Source of the DNA: a bacterium
Lineage (GTDB): Bacteria; RBG-13-61-14; DATKZS01
Reading direction: 5' to 3'
Length of the DNA stretch: 64,000 nucleotides
Assembly (NCBI GenBank): GCA_963674965.2
Contig: CAXXFL010000002.1
Coordinates: 32,001 to 96,000 of the forward strand
How positions within the stretch are numbered: the stretch's first letter is position 1; the number at the start of each line of letters is the position of its first letter. Below the pieces are notes generated by a model. The model worked only from the letters and a program-made list of their open reading frames with translations, was not told where the DNA came from and ran no database searches. Both the position numbers and the translations under genes were made by a program. Shown here piece after piece: positions 44,201 through 51,772 of the stretch.

Positions 44201-47200
44201 CGCCGGCTACGGTTAGTGAAACGGTAACGAGAACGGTGGACGGGGCGTTTCTAGCGGATATTGTTGCTTATAATAATAAAGCTTATATACACTACGCATA
44301 TGAAAACGGCGTTACTTTAAGCGGAAATACGCTATATCTTAAATCGCTTCTCATTACTGGCGGATCACTTTCTTTTTCTTATGAAACTCCTTCGCCAGCA
44401 AATTCATGGCGTTTGGCCCCTGAGGATCATTTAAGCGTTGGTATATATGATGGGGATGGAGACTTTACGCATATGATTGCCTTTCCCCGCGTCTATAGCG
44501 GAACGACGCAAAGAGAACTCAGAGTATGTAAGTGGTATTACTCTAATGTGTTTGAAAGATGTTGGGCCTATAGCGATCTATTCTCTCCGTCTATCGAGGG
44601 ATGGTATCCTCTGGATAATGCGGTGGGCAATTTGATTACTTTAGTTGGCCAAAAGGTTGATCCTGAAGATCCCACGAAAATGTCGGTCGTGTACAAGGAC
44701 GGAACGCATACTTCAGATTTTGAAACATATCCTGATTGGTTTTATTGGTATGATTTTCATACTATCATCGATGATCTCGATATTGATGATATATCTACGA
44801 TTGATTTGAAATATCCAAGCCACACCGGTTCGCCCGTTTATGACTGGCTGGCCTATTTTTCTAATGGTTCAAAAAAATATATATACGCCCGATATTCCGA
44901 TGACTTGGGAAATTTTGACCTGGGCACATATAAAGCATATAACCACCAGGAGGGGACTTTCTTCACCGGCGGCCTCCAGGCCGGGGATACCGTTAAATAC
45001 GACGTGTATCGTGGTTTTACCGGATATGATATCGGTTTCTTCGCGGACAATATCTCCCACTTCCCGGACCATATAAATCAGACTGAAAAGCCCGTGGCTT
45101 TCGCCGCCGAAACCATTGGCGAGACGCGTCACGTGGTTTGGAAATCCGCGGTCGAAACCCCGGTGGGATCGGGCCAGACCAAGTCGGTCATACTCTATTC
45201 CAACGACGAGGTGTGGGCGGATTATTACAAAGACTCGCTGGACGACTCTCCTGAATGGAGACCGCCGGTCTTAATATCAAATCCCGACAATGACGCCGTC
45301 CTGGCAAGAATCAAGGCCAGCCCCAATAAAGAATACCTGCACGTGATCTGGGTGGAAAAGGACCCGTCGGATACTTATCACGTGTACTACTCGAAACTGG
45401 ACGTGGGGGAGTATTACGGATCGACGCTGTTTGACGACGATGATTCTGATAATCTTCTTAAAATCGAAGAATACTACGCGGGATCGTCGGACTCCGATGA
45501 GGACACCGATGATGACGGCATGTGGGACGTCTCCGAGGCGCTTTTCGGCCTGGACCCAACCGACCCGTCAGATGGAGACACCGGGGCCGGATGCCATGAC
45601 CTCGACCAGGACGGGCTGTGCAATTATGACGAATATTTTACGTATTTAACCGATGGTACAAGTAAAGATACCGACCTCGACGGAATGCCCGACGAGTGGG
45701 AAGTTCTTAATAATTTAGTCCCCGACGATCCTCAGGACGCGTATGATGACGAAGACCAGGACCATTTAACAAATATCGATGAGTACCGCTATGGTACTAA
45801 TCCATTGTATTGGGATACCGACGCGGATACCGTACCCGATTACTATGAAATACTCGATGGTAGCGACCCTCTATTAGCGGACTCACTAACCGCAGATTAC
45901 GACGGGGATGGATTAGACTATGAAGGAGAATTATTTTTAGGGGGAAACCCGTATAAACCCGACACCGACGAGGATTATTTAACCGATTTTGAAGAGGATG
46001 ATATATGGTATACATATAGAATTGAAGTCTATTTCTCTGACAGTGACTCCGACGGCCTGACCGATAGTCTTGAGTATTTCGCCCTCGCCTCAGCACCCGA
46101 CGATTTCGACAGCGACAATGACAATATGGACGACGGATGGGAACTCGAACACGGCTTCGATCCCATATCGGCCGCTAATGGCGGGACGGCCGACGCGGAT
46201 GGCGATGGAATAATAAACGTTGACGAGTGCGGCCCGGCGCAGATCGAAGGTCCGGAAGGTCTCGAGGGGCAACCACTTTGCAGGTCCGAAATCAACCCCG
46301 TCTCCATTGATTCCGACTTTGACGGCTTCACGGACGGGTGGGAGGTGGAGTACGCGGATAGCCTTGGGTTCGATCCGGTGGTGGTGGAGTGCGATACGGC
46401 GGTGGCGGATTATGACGGGGACGGGATGGCGGCCATTATCGAGGCGAGGCTGGGGACCAACCCGCTGTTGGCCGACTCGGACGGGGACGGGATCGACGAT
46501 TATTGGGAGGTCATCGCCGGGCTGGACCCGCTGGTGGACGACGCGGCCGATGACCCCGACGGGGACGGGAGGACCAATCTCGAGGAGTACCAGAACTCGG
46601 GCTACTTCTACACCAATCCACTGAGTCCCGATACCGACGGCGACGGGCTGTGCGACGGCGTGACCTCCGTCATGAGCGGCGAGACCGTGATATGCGGTCC
46701 AGGGGAGGGAGACTCGGCGACGCCCGAGCTGGACGCGGCGCGGCTACGGCTCCTGGCCGAGAGCGCCATCGGCGAGTTGACCCTCGGCGACGGCGACACC
46801 TGGTCCGACGAGCTCGAGGAGGGCGACACTCTCAAGCTGTCCGTGGCGAAGGCGCTGGACGCGGGGACGTACACGGTGCGCTTCGATAATGGGTCGGGCT
46901 CGGTTTACGCCATCGAGGCGTACGTGTCCGAGGGCGCGACATATATATTTGTGGACACGGGAGACCTCGGGGACGACGCCTCGGGAAATTTCGACATTGA
47001 CGTGGTGGACGACTCGGGCTCGAGCCTCCTCGACTCGGGCGCCGCCTCGGTCAATATCTCCCAGCGGCTCTACCTCCATTACGGGCTCCACTCCCCGGTG
47101 GTCGCCACCAACTCCGACGGCGAGACCGTCTGGCGCCGCGCCTATCTCCCCTTCGGCGCCGACTTCTCCGGCTCGCCCTCCCACCCCCTCACCATCGCCA

Positions 47201-48060
47201 ACTCCTCCATCACCCACGGCTTCGTCGGCCGCCGCTCCGACAACGACGTCGGCCTCTACCAACTCGGCGCCCGCTGGTACGACCCGGATTTGGGGAGGTT
47301 CGTCAGCGTCGATCCGGTTGCCGGGGGCATCAACCAGTACGCCTACGCTTATAACAACCCGTTCGTGTACCAAGACGCGTCAGGAATGGAAGGAGAAGTC
47401 GCGGAGGCCGCCTTAGGTTATAGTGAATGTTTAGGCGCGTATTCGCATGCTTTGTTTCTGGTCCCTGCGGACGCCGTTAATGAAGCTTCAGGCGGCAGAT
47501 TGCGTTCCACTGAAAATGCACATCTGGCGTATTATACTTATTACATGCCAGAGCAAGGCGACCCCACGAGGGCTTGCTATCAGCTTGGTTATGGGGTTGG
47601 CGTTTCATCCGCGTTGGTGGGCGCCGCTGAATTGCTCATTGAACTTTATGCGGCTGGTGACTCTAGCCAGGATATAGCTCCGCCTTCAGAGCCAGTGGAC
47701 CCGAATTACGAGCCGCCGTCGCCTGAGCCTGCCCCTGAATCATCTCCAGAAACAAAGGAGTTGCCAGAAGATATACAGAGAAGACATGATAAACTAAACG
47801 AAAAAGACAGAAGTGGAATGGACTTCACAAAAGCTGGCAAAGATAACGTTAAAGATATAAATAGGCATAATAATGATGGAACGATGAAGTGTGAAAATTG
47901 CGGCCAGGAGGTTGTTGACGCAGAACAGCACAAATCCGGAGTTACACCGCCTGGTAATGAAGCTCATGTTGACCATAAAACTCGAAAGAGAGAAAATGGT
48001 CGTGGCAATCCTGACAATGGGCAGGTGTTATGCCGAGATTGTAATATGGAGAAGCATTAA
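38251..48060 (+). CDS. Giant lipoprotein polymorphic toxin (3269 aa): TolB-like propeller, TSP3-like Ca-binding repeats, RHS core, HNH nuclease C-terminus
   Basis: SD AGGAG with MKLK...IVGC lipobox. PD40-like motifs (PAMSRNGQY, TTNGEYVAFVS) and dozens of DxDGDG..D..E...NP repeats. Core [22 protein letters not shown]...NNP...DASG; toxin CENC...HVDH...NGQVLCRDCN. Confidence 0.88.
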   Translation: MKLKVMKAAAIFVIFFLAAVIVGCGANQNSFVKGLGPAYTEVMSLGKNVEILDPSMEDNQHRLVVFFDRCVDDDTVTLSDLELYGQTVTNFDSYLTPSQSVFNFDYCFTKSWDSLSSGAYFTGTIWASTTECESGYSDKLYVGLVDDDTLWHGMDDYEGAFAYKLVIDKIFHDSEENQSSGDVINYFIVRDFANNAKHPTLSHVYPASGSGLSGDSLLYMPMPPHSTFTLGSSEPVLNLSYIPYEVFWHDDDLHAPFDGPSIGNPSVIVRNNRKIEIGASSGMPLDIEYHFWIYSRPQNYYDVTYGPGSGATISMDGELSDVLLVSPPPINAFGKAIVLPSDSTFQILEEDVVERDVFHAGFYSDHPTYVKVYEVKGRVGPVVIDEPVTYSYHKAAYSESYLTVRATPDVDEVRITMDHWTDLIGSEMGVEITDELKPLSSLSMPLFSSTVLAPAMSRNGQYMFYWAQDGTTDNVFQVYRTDLTVDGYSTDALTSFTVGRDDAQALASHSISPNNAGDQAVFWSRQDLEDGETSTDGELYFWDESEGLFQVTTSDLFGDTRGEPNYDAVLSYENIFFFWTENSSAGDTLDHYELLRCTYSDVGGPYPIGCVNIVQGTTLHQQGINPRLSSTTNGEYVAFVSAEDWDASVGNSDYNYEIFYYGEYGVGVHQVTDSGSTVTNDYPVIADDSLQSIYFSSNGNYGGIDGFSNDGDSVSTELFVYRRLSGDTAVYNEIEQITNASPGVTVIPAGVSLPDGNGNIDVLVLSNHNFSGDTVTSGYNYFLLQPTRYADDRTYNAWGYAITTEPVIASAGDAPPLVSMDEENEWILFSSEEQLLPGDTNSDLDVYLFHYKGLEKSFTISWEDLIDEFNSQNSTNYRTEVLLPRKRHRITVHSSTAGSPGVDAIDFIFTADDDSDSDGLSDAWEIEYGYDPYIADSDSNSITDDLEDPDGDGVINSSEEDNYTNPQLADSDGDGLDDDVEIGYCTSPIDDDSDDDGLIDGRTMGEDQDNDGEVDAGETNPCYYDTDGDGLLDGVEIGFGSNPLLTDTDGDSLSDYVEIMTANTDPTLVDTDGDSLGDAAEYDYCTSPSDPDSDGDGLCDGNTSVYDGPTLLCSNGEDADLDFEVDAGETNPCRADTDGDGMNDAYEREYSLDPLDPFDALTILSSATIADPDGDGVDNLYEAQNGTNPYVADSDEDGVSDLEELALGTDPGDATSNSDGDSLIDSVEVTLGTSPNSDDTDADGLSDYQETTALYGLTIGMGCTIVPTNPDSDGDGIPDGLEDIDLDGVLDGNTETNPCIADTDGDGMDDGWEVFWGLNPHVQDGDTDWDSDGLTNLQEFLLYKGASCDASAGCPGDTITVYLNPLIADVDGDTMEDGEEILMTGSTVTAYVCNPIKRDTDGDNVPDYFEAVISLCLDPMDPDTDDDGIPDGVEDKNQDGIRQNIETNPCLADTDGDGLDDYEELLFGSNPRNADTDGDDLTDDLEYFYMTDPNGYTDRNDNGIYDELELVEYGIPPIYVFDDMDGDGLVNGDSTGEDKDNDYVVDSGETDPYDMDTDGDGLPDGWEIEHNLDPLEANTCSFCADNDELTDRSEYLHHTHPGLDDTDSDGMDDDWEILYGLDPLTDDSAADLDGDTLTNLQEYSLLTNPRSADSDIDGLSDYLETQALYGHTVGMGCATSPTNQDSDGDGVPDGLEDFDQDGALDGDTETSPCLADTDGDGLPDGWELIWNSYPLTDDATSDYDSDGLDNLGEYLAGTNPYHKDTDHDGMDDKWEVDAGDTLDPLTNDAEADPDHDGVTNIEECCAMFLEPYHKCGNSCDDDALDPLSSDSDGDSLGDYWELKYLHPTVDDDLTADPDSDSISNIWEFRFGTNPGSTDTDGDGLTDLQEISFDGDLSFDGSTAYHPYVNVCIGDADECDLNPTLADTDHDGLSDYQELYGNTPTSPVNFDTDGGGDPDGIELNIGHDPTNSGDDYYDAAGLSFPPATVSETVTRTVDGAFLADIVAYNNKAYIHYAYENGVTLSGNTLYLKSLLITGGSLSFSYETPSPANSWRLAPEDHLSVGIYDGDGDFTHMIAFPRVYSGTTQRELRVCKWYYSNVFERCWAYSDLFSPSIEGWYPLDNAVGNLITLVGQKVDPEDPTKMSVVYKDGTHTSDFETYPDWFYWYDFHTIIDDLDIDDISTIDLKYPSHTGSPVYDWLAYFSNGSKKYIYARYSDDLGNFDLGTYKAYNHQEGTFFTGGLQAGDTVKYDVYRGFTGYDIGFFADNISHFPDHINQTEKPVAFAAETIGETRHVVWKSAVETPVGSGQTKSVILYSNDEVWADYYKDSLDDSPEWRPPVLISNPDNDAVLARIKASPNKEYLHVIWVEKDPSDTYHVYYSKLDVGEYYGSTLFDDDDSDNLLKIEEYYAGSSDSDEDTDDDGMWDVSEALFGLDPTDPSDGDTGAGCHDLDQDGLCNYDEYFTYLTDGTSKDTDLDGMPDEWEVLNNLVPDDPQDAYDDEDQDHLTNIDEYRYGTNPLYWDTDADTVPDYYEILDGSDPLLADSLTADYDGDGLDYEGELFLGGNPYKPDTDEDYLTDFEEDDIWYTYRIEVYFSDSDSDGLTDSLEYFALASAPDDFDSDNDNMDDGWELEHGFDPISAANGGTADADGDGIINVDECGPAQIEGPEGLEGQPLCRSEINPVSIDSDFDGFTDGWEVEYADSLGFDPVVVECDTAVADYDGDGMAAIIEARLGTNPLLADSDGDGIDDYWEVIAGLDPLVDDAADDPDGDGRTNLEEYQNSGYFYTNPLSPDTDGDGLCDGVTSVMSGETVICGPGEGDSATPELDAARLRLLAESAIGELTLGDGDTWSDELEEGDTLKLSVAKALDAGTYTVRFDNGSGSVYAIEAYVSEGATYIFVDTGDLGDDASGNFDIDVVDDSGSSLLDSGAASVNISQRLYLHYGLHSPVVATNSDGETVWRRAYLPFGADFSGSPSHPLTIANSSITHGFVGRRSDNDVGLYQLGARWYDPDLGRFVSVDPVAGGINQYAYAYNNPFVYQDASGMEGEVAEAALGYSECLGAYSHALFLVPADAVNEASGGRLRSTENAHLAYYTYYMPEQGDPTRACYQLGYGVGVSSALVGAAELLIELYAAGDSSQDIAPPSEPVDPNYEPPSPEPAPESSPETKELPEDIQRRHDKLNEKDRSGMDFTKAGKDNVKDINRHNNDGTMKCENCGQEVVDAEQHKSGVTPPGNEAHVDHKTRKRENGRGNPDNGQVLCRDCNMEKH
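40981..46660 (+). repeat. Thrombospondin type 3-like acidic repeats, two blocks (~40981-44180 and ~45430-46660)
   Basis: Recurring GACACCGACGGCGACGG-type units encoding D(T/S)DGDG(L/M)xDxxE. Confidence 0.85.
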
Positions 48061-48062
48061 TA

Positions 48063-48512
48063 ATGAAAAGAAAAGAAAAGAAAATATTGTTAGTTTATAA
48101 AGACTTTGATGACGTTTTTCAAATTGAAAGCGTTTGGGCTGAGAAAATGGATGAATATTATAGAATTGTCAATATTCCATTTTTTGCTAAAAACGTCGCC
48201 TATGGTGACATCGTTGCAGTGGAAAACGACGGGGGAAGTCTATACTTTGATAGCCTAATAAAACCTTCAGGCCACAGCACAATTCAAATGATAATTAATG
48301 ATCCTAATGAATTGAAAGGCATTGGAAATACATTAGTTAGTATGGGATGTGACTGGGAAGAAAGTCATATCAAAGGATACATTTCGATAGACATTCCTAA
48401 AAATGTTGATTATACACAAATAAGAAAATATTTAGAAGAAGGATTGTCGCAAAATAAATGGGACTACAGGGAAGCATGTTTAAGTGATGAACATCGAGAG
48501 AGTACGAAATAG
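48063..48512 (+). CDS. Cognate immunity protein, DUF4265-like
   Basis: AT-rich ORF 2 bp after the toxin stop; ESVWA...NIPFFAKNVAYGDIV...SGHSTI pattern. Confidence 0.75.
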   Translation: MKRKEKKILLVYKDFDDVFQIESVWAEKMDEYYRIVNIPFFAKNVAYGDIVAVENDGGSLYFDSLIKPSGHSTIQMIINDPNELKGIGNTLVSMGCDWEESHIKGYISIDIPKNVDYTQIRKYLEEGLSQNKWDYREACLSDEHRESTK

Positions 48513-48665
48513 CGTTTTCCGCGCAGGCGGGTGCCATCTACGTTATGCTAAAGACCTTGTGGCTCTCGCGAGGCGAGACAGGAGTACCGTTATAAGCTTC
48601 TCATGGTTTTTTGAAAATAGGCAAAATGAGCAATTACTCAAAGAAAAGAAAGAAGAGCATGGGTT

Positions 48666-49232
48666 ATGATATATCATAATACAGAATTGATTAAAGAGCA
48701 TTACGAAACCAACTGGAATAATGCGGCAGCAATAAAAAAATGGAATAAAGGGCCAATTCATGAATTGCCTCAATTTTTTAGCGTCCTTGAGTTTAGGCCA
48801 ACCATAAAAAGGGATATGTGGACATATGCAACATGTGGAATGTCAACACTTCAAGATCGGGAAAAGATCGAATTACATATACACTCACCAGAAAGAAATG
48901 AAGGCCTCGTAGAGCTATTAACCGTAGTAGTACATTTTCACGCAACTGATAGTAGTCTTGGTCTATGGCATACCGTTAATTTTGGAAGAGGATGGTTGCC
49001 TGATTCCAATTGTGAATATGGCCTTATTTCATTGCCTTATCTTGACGGTCCAGGCTTTGAAATATTAAAGAATAACAATGATGCCGTTTCTTTTTATTGG
49101 TTAATTCCAATTACAAAAGATGAAGTGGACTATAAAATAAAAAATGGAATAGAATGTCTTGAAGATGCTTTAGAGAAAGCAAACGTTAAATATCTTGATA
49201 AATACAGGGCCAGTGTTATCGGCTGTGAATAG
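48666..49232 (+). CDS. Suppressor-of-fused (SUFU) family immunity protein, orphan
   Basis: WTYATCGMS...IEL...LGLWHTVNFG...FYWLIPITKDE. Confidence 0.8.
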   Translation: MIYHNTELIKEHYETNWNNAAAIKKWNKGPIHELPQFFSVLEFRPTIKRDMWTYATCGMSTLQDREKIELHIHSPERNEGLVELLTVVVHFHATDSSLGLWHTVNFGRGWLPDSNCEYGLISLPYLDGPGFEILKNNNDAVSFYWLIPITKDEVDYKIKNGIECLEDALEKANVKYLDKYRASVIGCE

Positions 49233-49284
49233 GCAACCCGAAGACGGGCATTGTACACTTTAGTTGTCAATATAGATGTAACTC

Positions 49285-49298
49285 CGCTCTTTGAAAAC
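49285..49298 (+). promoter_or_regulatory. boxA-like motif before cassette 1
   Basis: CGCTCTTTGAAAAC, starting 34 nt before the arm. Confidence 0.55.
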
Positions 49299-49318
49299 TT
49301 GTCATTATTACTTCCGTC

Positions 49319-51139
49319 GATTCCGACTTTGACGGCTTCACGGACGGGTGGGAGGTGGAGTATAGCGATAGCCTTGGGTTCGATCCGGTGGTGGTGGAGT
49401 GCGATACGGCGGTGGCGGATTTCGACGGGGACGGGATGGGGGCGATTATCGAGGCGAGGCTGGGGACGGACCCGAGGTTGGCCGACTCGGATGGGGACGG
49501 GATCGACGATTATTGGGAGGTCGTGGCCGGGCTGGACCCGCTGGTGGACGACGCGGCCGATGACCCCGACGGCGACGGGAGGACCAACCTCGAGGAATAC
49601 CTGAACTCGGGGTATTTCTATACCAACCCATTCAATCCGGACACCGACGGCGACGGGCTGTGCGACGGCGTGACCTCCGTCATGGACGGAGCGACCCAGC
49701 TTTGCGGGCCTGGGGAGGGAGACTCGGCGACGCCCGAGCTGGACGCGGCGCGGCTACGGCTCCTGGCCGAGAGCGCCATCGGCGAGCTGACCCTCGGGGA
49801 CGGCGACACCTGGGCGGACGAGCTCGAGGAGGGCGACACTCTTAAGCTGTCCGTGGCGGGGGCGCTGGACGCGGGGACGTACACGGTGCGCTTCGATAAT
49901 GGGTCGGGCGCGGTTTACGCCATCGAGGCGTACGTGTCCGAGGGCGCGACATATATATTTGTGGACACGGGAGACCTCGGGGACGACGCCGGCTCCGGCT
50001 CATACGACATTGACGTGGTTGACGACTCGGGCTCGTGCCTCCTCGACTCGGGCGCCGCCTCGGTCAATATCTCCCAGCGGCTCTACCTCCACTACGGCCT
50101 CCACTCCCCGGTGGTCGCCACCAACTCCGACGGCGAGACCGTCTGGCGCCGCGCCTATCTCCCCTTCGGCGCCGACTTCGCCGGCTCGCCCTCCCACCCC
50201 CTCACCATCGCCAACTCCTCCATCACCCACGGCTTCGTCGGCCGCCGCTCCGACAACGACGTCGGCCTCTACCAACTCGGCGCCCGCTGGTACGACCCCG
50301 ACCTGGGGCGGTTCGTGAGCGTCGACCCGGTGCCGGGGTTCATCAATCAGTACGCTTACGCGAACAATAATCCATTTAAATATCAGGACGCGAGTGGGAG
50401 GCAATATGGCTCTTCAGGATATACAAGTTGGGCGGAGTGTAGTGGGACTTATGGCAATCCGGACAGCGATTATTGCACTGGAAAAGCAAATGAAAATTAT
50501 GATCCAGAAAAATTAAAGACTATTTTATACTGCACTTCAGGGGCTGCGCATGGGGAGTTGGCCTTCATGTATGATTCAGCAGATGCAGCTGCAAATTGGT
50601 GGAATCCAATTTACCAATATGGTACGTATAAGGGAATATACGAAGGGGGTGACTGGTTAATAAATGCTGATAAAGACGCAGCCTATGAAGCATGGATATC
50701 CAAGCCAAACAATGAGATATGTTACGATATTGGATATGGCACGGCAGCTTTAGGTGCTTTAGCCGCGCCATTGGCCAAAGGTAAGGTCGTTCCTAATGGT
50801 AATAAGCCAATAACTAAACCGAACGCAACTAAAGGCTGGAAAGTAGGAGACCCTATTAATAATTTGACTAGTAAAGGGAAAGTCCCTACATGGGATACAG
50901 TCAGGAAAAGATTTTGGAAAAATGAAGCAAGCAATAATCCAGGAAATTATAACGCTTCAAACCTTGCAAGAATGCGTGAAGGTTTAGCGCCTCAAAGAAT
51001 CAATCCCGGAACGGGCTCGCTTGAAAGTATGGAGTTGCATCATAAGCCTCCACAAAGAAAAGGCGGTTTATTTGATTTTGAACCATTATGGCCTAATGAA
51101 CATTCTGGGATCGATCCATATAGACATACCGGAAACTAA
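49319..51139 (+). CDS. Orphan cassette 1: long homology arm plus HNH/EndoVII (LHH-like) toxin
   Basis: Arm matches the main gene from 46309; toxin NLARMREGLAPQ...SMELHH...WPNEH; no convincing start or SD. Confidence 0.8.
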   Translation, partial: DSDFDGFTDGWEVEYSDSLGFDPVVVECDTAVADFDGDGMGAIIEARLGTDPRLADSDGDGIDDYWEVVAGLDPLVDDAADDPDGDGRTNLEEYLNSGYFYTNPFNPDTDGDGLCDGVTSVMDGATQLCGPGEGDSATPELDAARLRLLAESAIGELTLGDGDTWADELEEGDTLKLSVAGALDAGTYTVRFDNGSGAVYAIEAYVSEGATYIFVDTGDLGDDAGSGSYDIDVVDDSGSCLLDSGAASVNISQRLYLHYGLHSPVVATNSDGETVWRRAYLPFGADFAGSPSHPLTIANSSITHGFVGRRSDNDVGLYQLGARWYDPDLGRFVSVDPVPGFINQYAYANNNPFKYQDASGRQYGSSGYTSWAECSGTYGNPDSDYCTGKANENYDPEKLKTILYCTSGAAHGELAFMYDSADAAANWWNPIYQYGTYKGIYEGGDWLINADKDAAYEAWISKPNNEICYDIGYGTAALGALAAPLAKGKVVPNGNKPITKPNATKGWKVGDPINNLTSKGKVPTWDTVRKRFWKNEASNNPGNYNASNLARMREGLAPQRINPGTGSLESMELHHKPPQRKGGLFDFEPLWPNEHSGIDPYRHTGN

Positions 51140-51207
51140 TTTGCCAAGCTCGTAAAATGGTCTACAGTTAAGGGAATGAAAATACTATTTACAAGAATAA
51201 TTGGAGT

Positions 51208-51705
51208 ATGAAGGTGCCAGATTTTCAAAAATATTTTATGGAGTCAGGTGGCAAACCAATCGTGTATAATGGCAAAGAAATTCGGATGATGGATGAAATA
51301 CCTGTTCTTAACAGAGATGCCTTTGCTATTACTATTGAAAAATGTAATAGCGAGTGGAAACAAGGCATTTCCTTAGTAGTAAATGGCATTTTTCAAATAA
51401 ATAAGCAGAGGATTAAAAGGGGCATCCTTTTATGGCAAGACACTGCCCCAAGAACTTCTCAGTTTAAGCTGTCCTTAAATAAACCAGGTAAATTAATCAT
51501 AAAGAATGTTTGGGACACTGGTAATGGCGTCATCGAGTCATGGCATCATGGCGCAGGGATTATCGTTGAGGAGATAAAAAACGGAAAACGTTATCACTGC
51601 AATGATGGACATCCCGATGACAATTTCGACGATATAGTATTTATTATCACTAAAATCACTGGTAATACCAGCGAGCAGGTCGGCGCGTTTGATTTTTTGG
51701 GGTGA
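51208..51705 (+). CDS. Putative immunity protein 1
   Basis: AT-rich 165-aa ORF with GGAG SD directly after the toxin. Confidence 0.7.
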   Translation: MKVPDFQKYFMESGGKPIVYNGKEIRMMDEIPVLNRDAFAITIEKCNSEWKQGISLVVNGIFQINKQRIKRGILLWQDTAPRTSQFKLSLNKPGKLIIKNVWDTGNGVIESWHHGAGIIVEEIKNGKRYHCNDGHPDDNFDDIVFIITKITGNTSEQVGAFDFLG

Positions 51706-51738
51706 CCCGGGCTTAGGTTACAGCGTTACACGTAATTT

Positions 51739-51752
51739 CGCTCTTTGAAAAC
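51739..51752 (+). promoter_or_regulatory. boxA-like motif before cassette 2
   Basis: CGCTCTTTGAAAAC, starting 34 nt before the arm. Confidence 0.55.
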
Positions 51753-51772
51753 TTGTCATTATTACTTCCGCC

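Noticed and set aside
40981-46660. Short nucleotide repeats as a CRISPR array
   Set aside because: They are degenerate, in-frame DxDGDG codon repeats inside an ORF, with irregular spacing and no cas genes.
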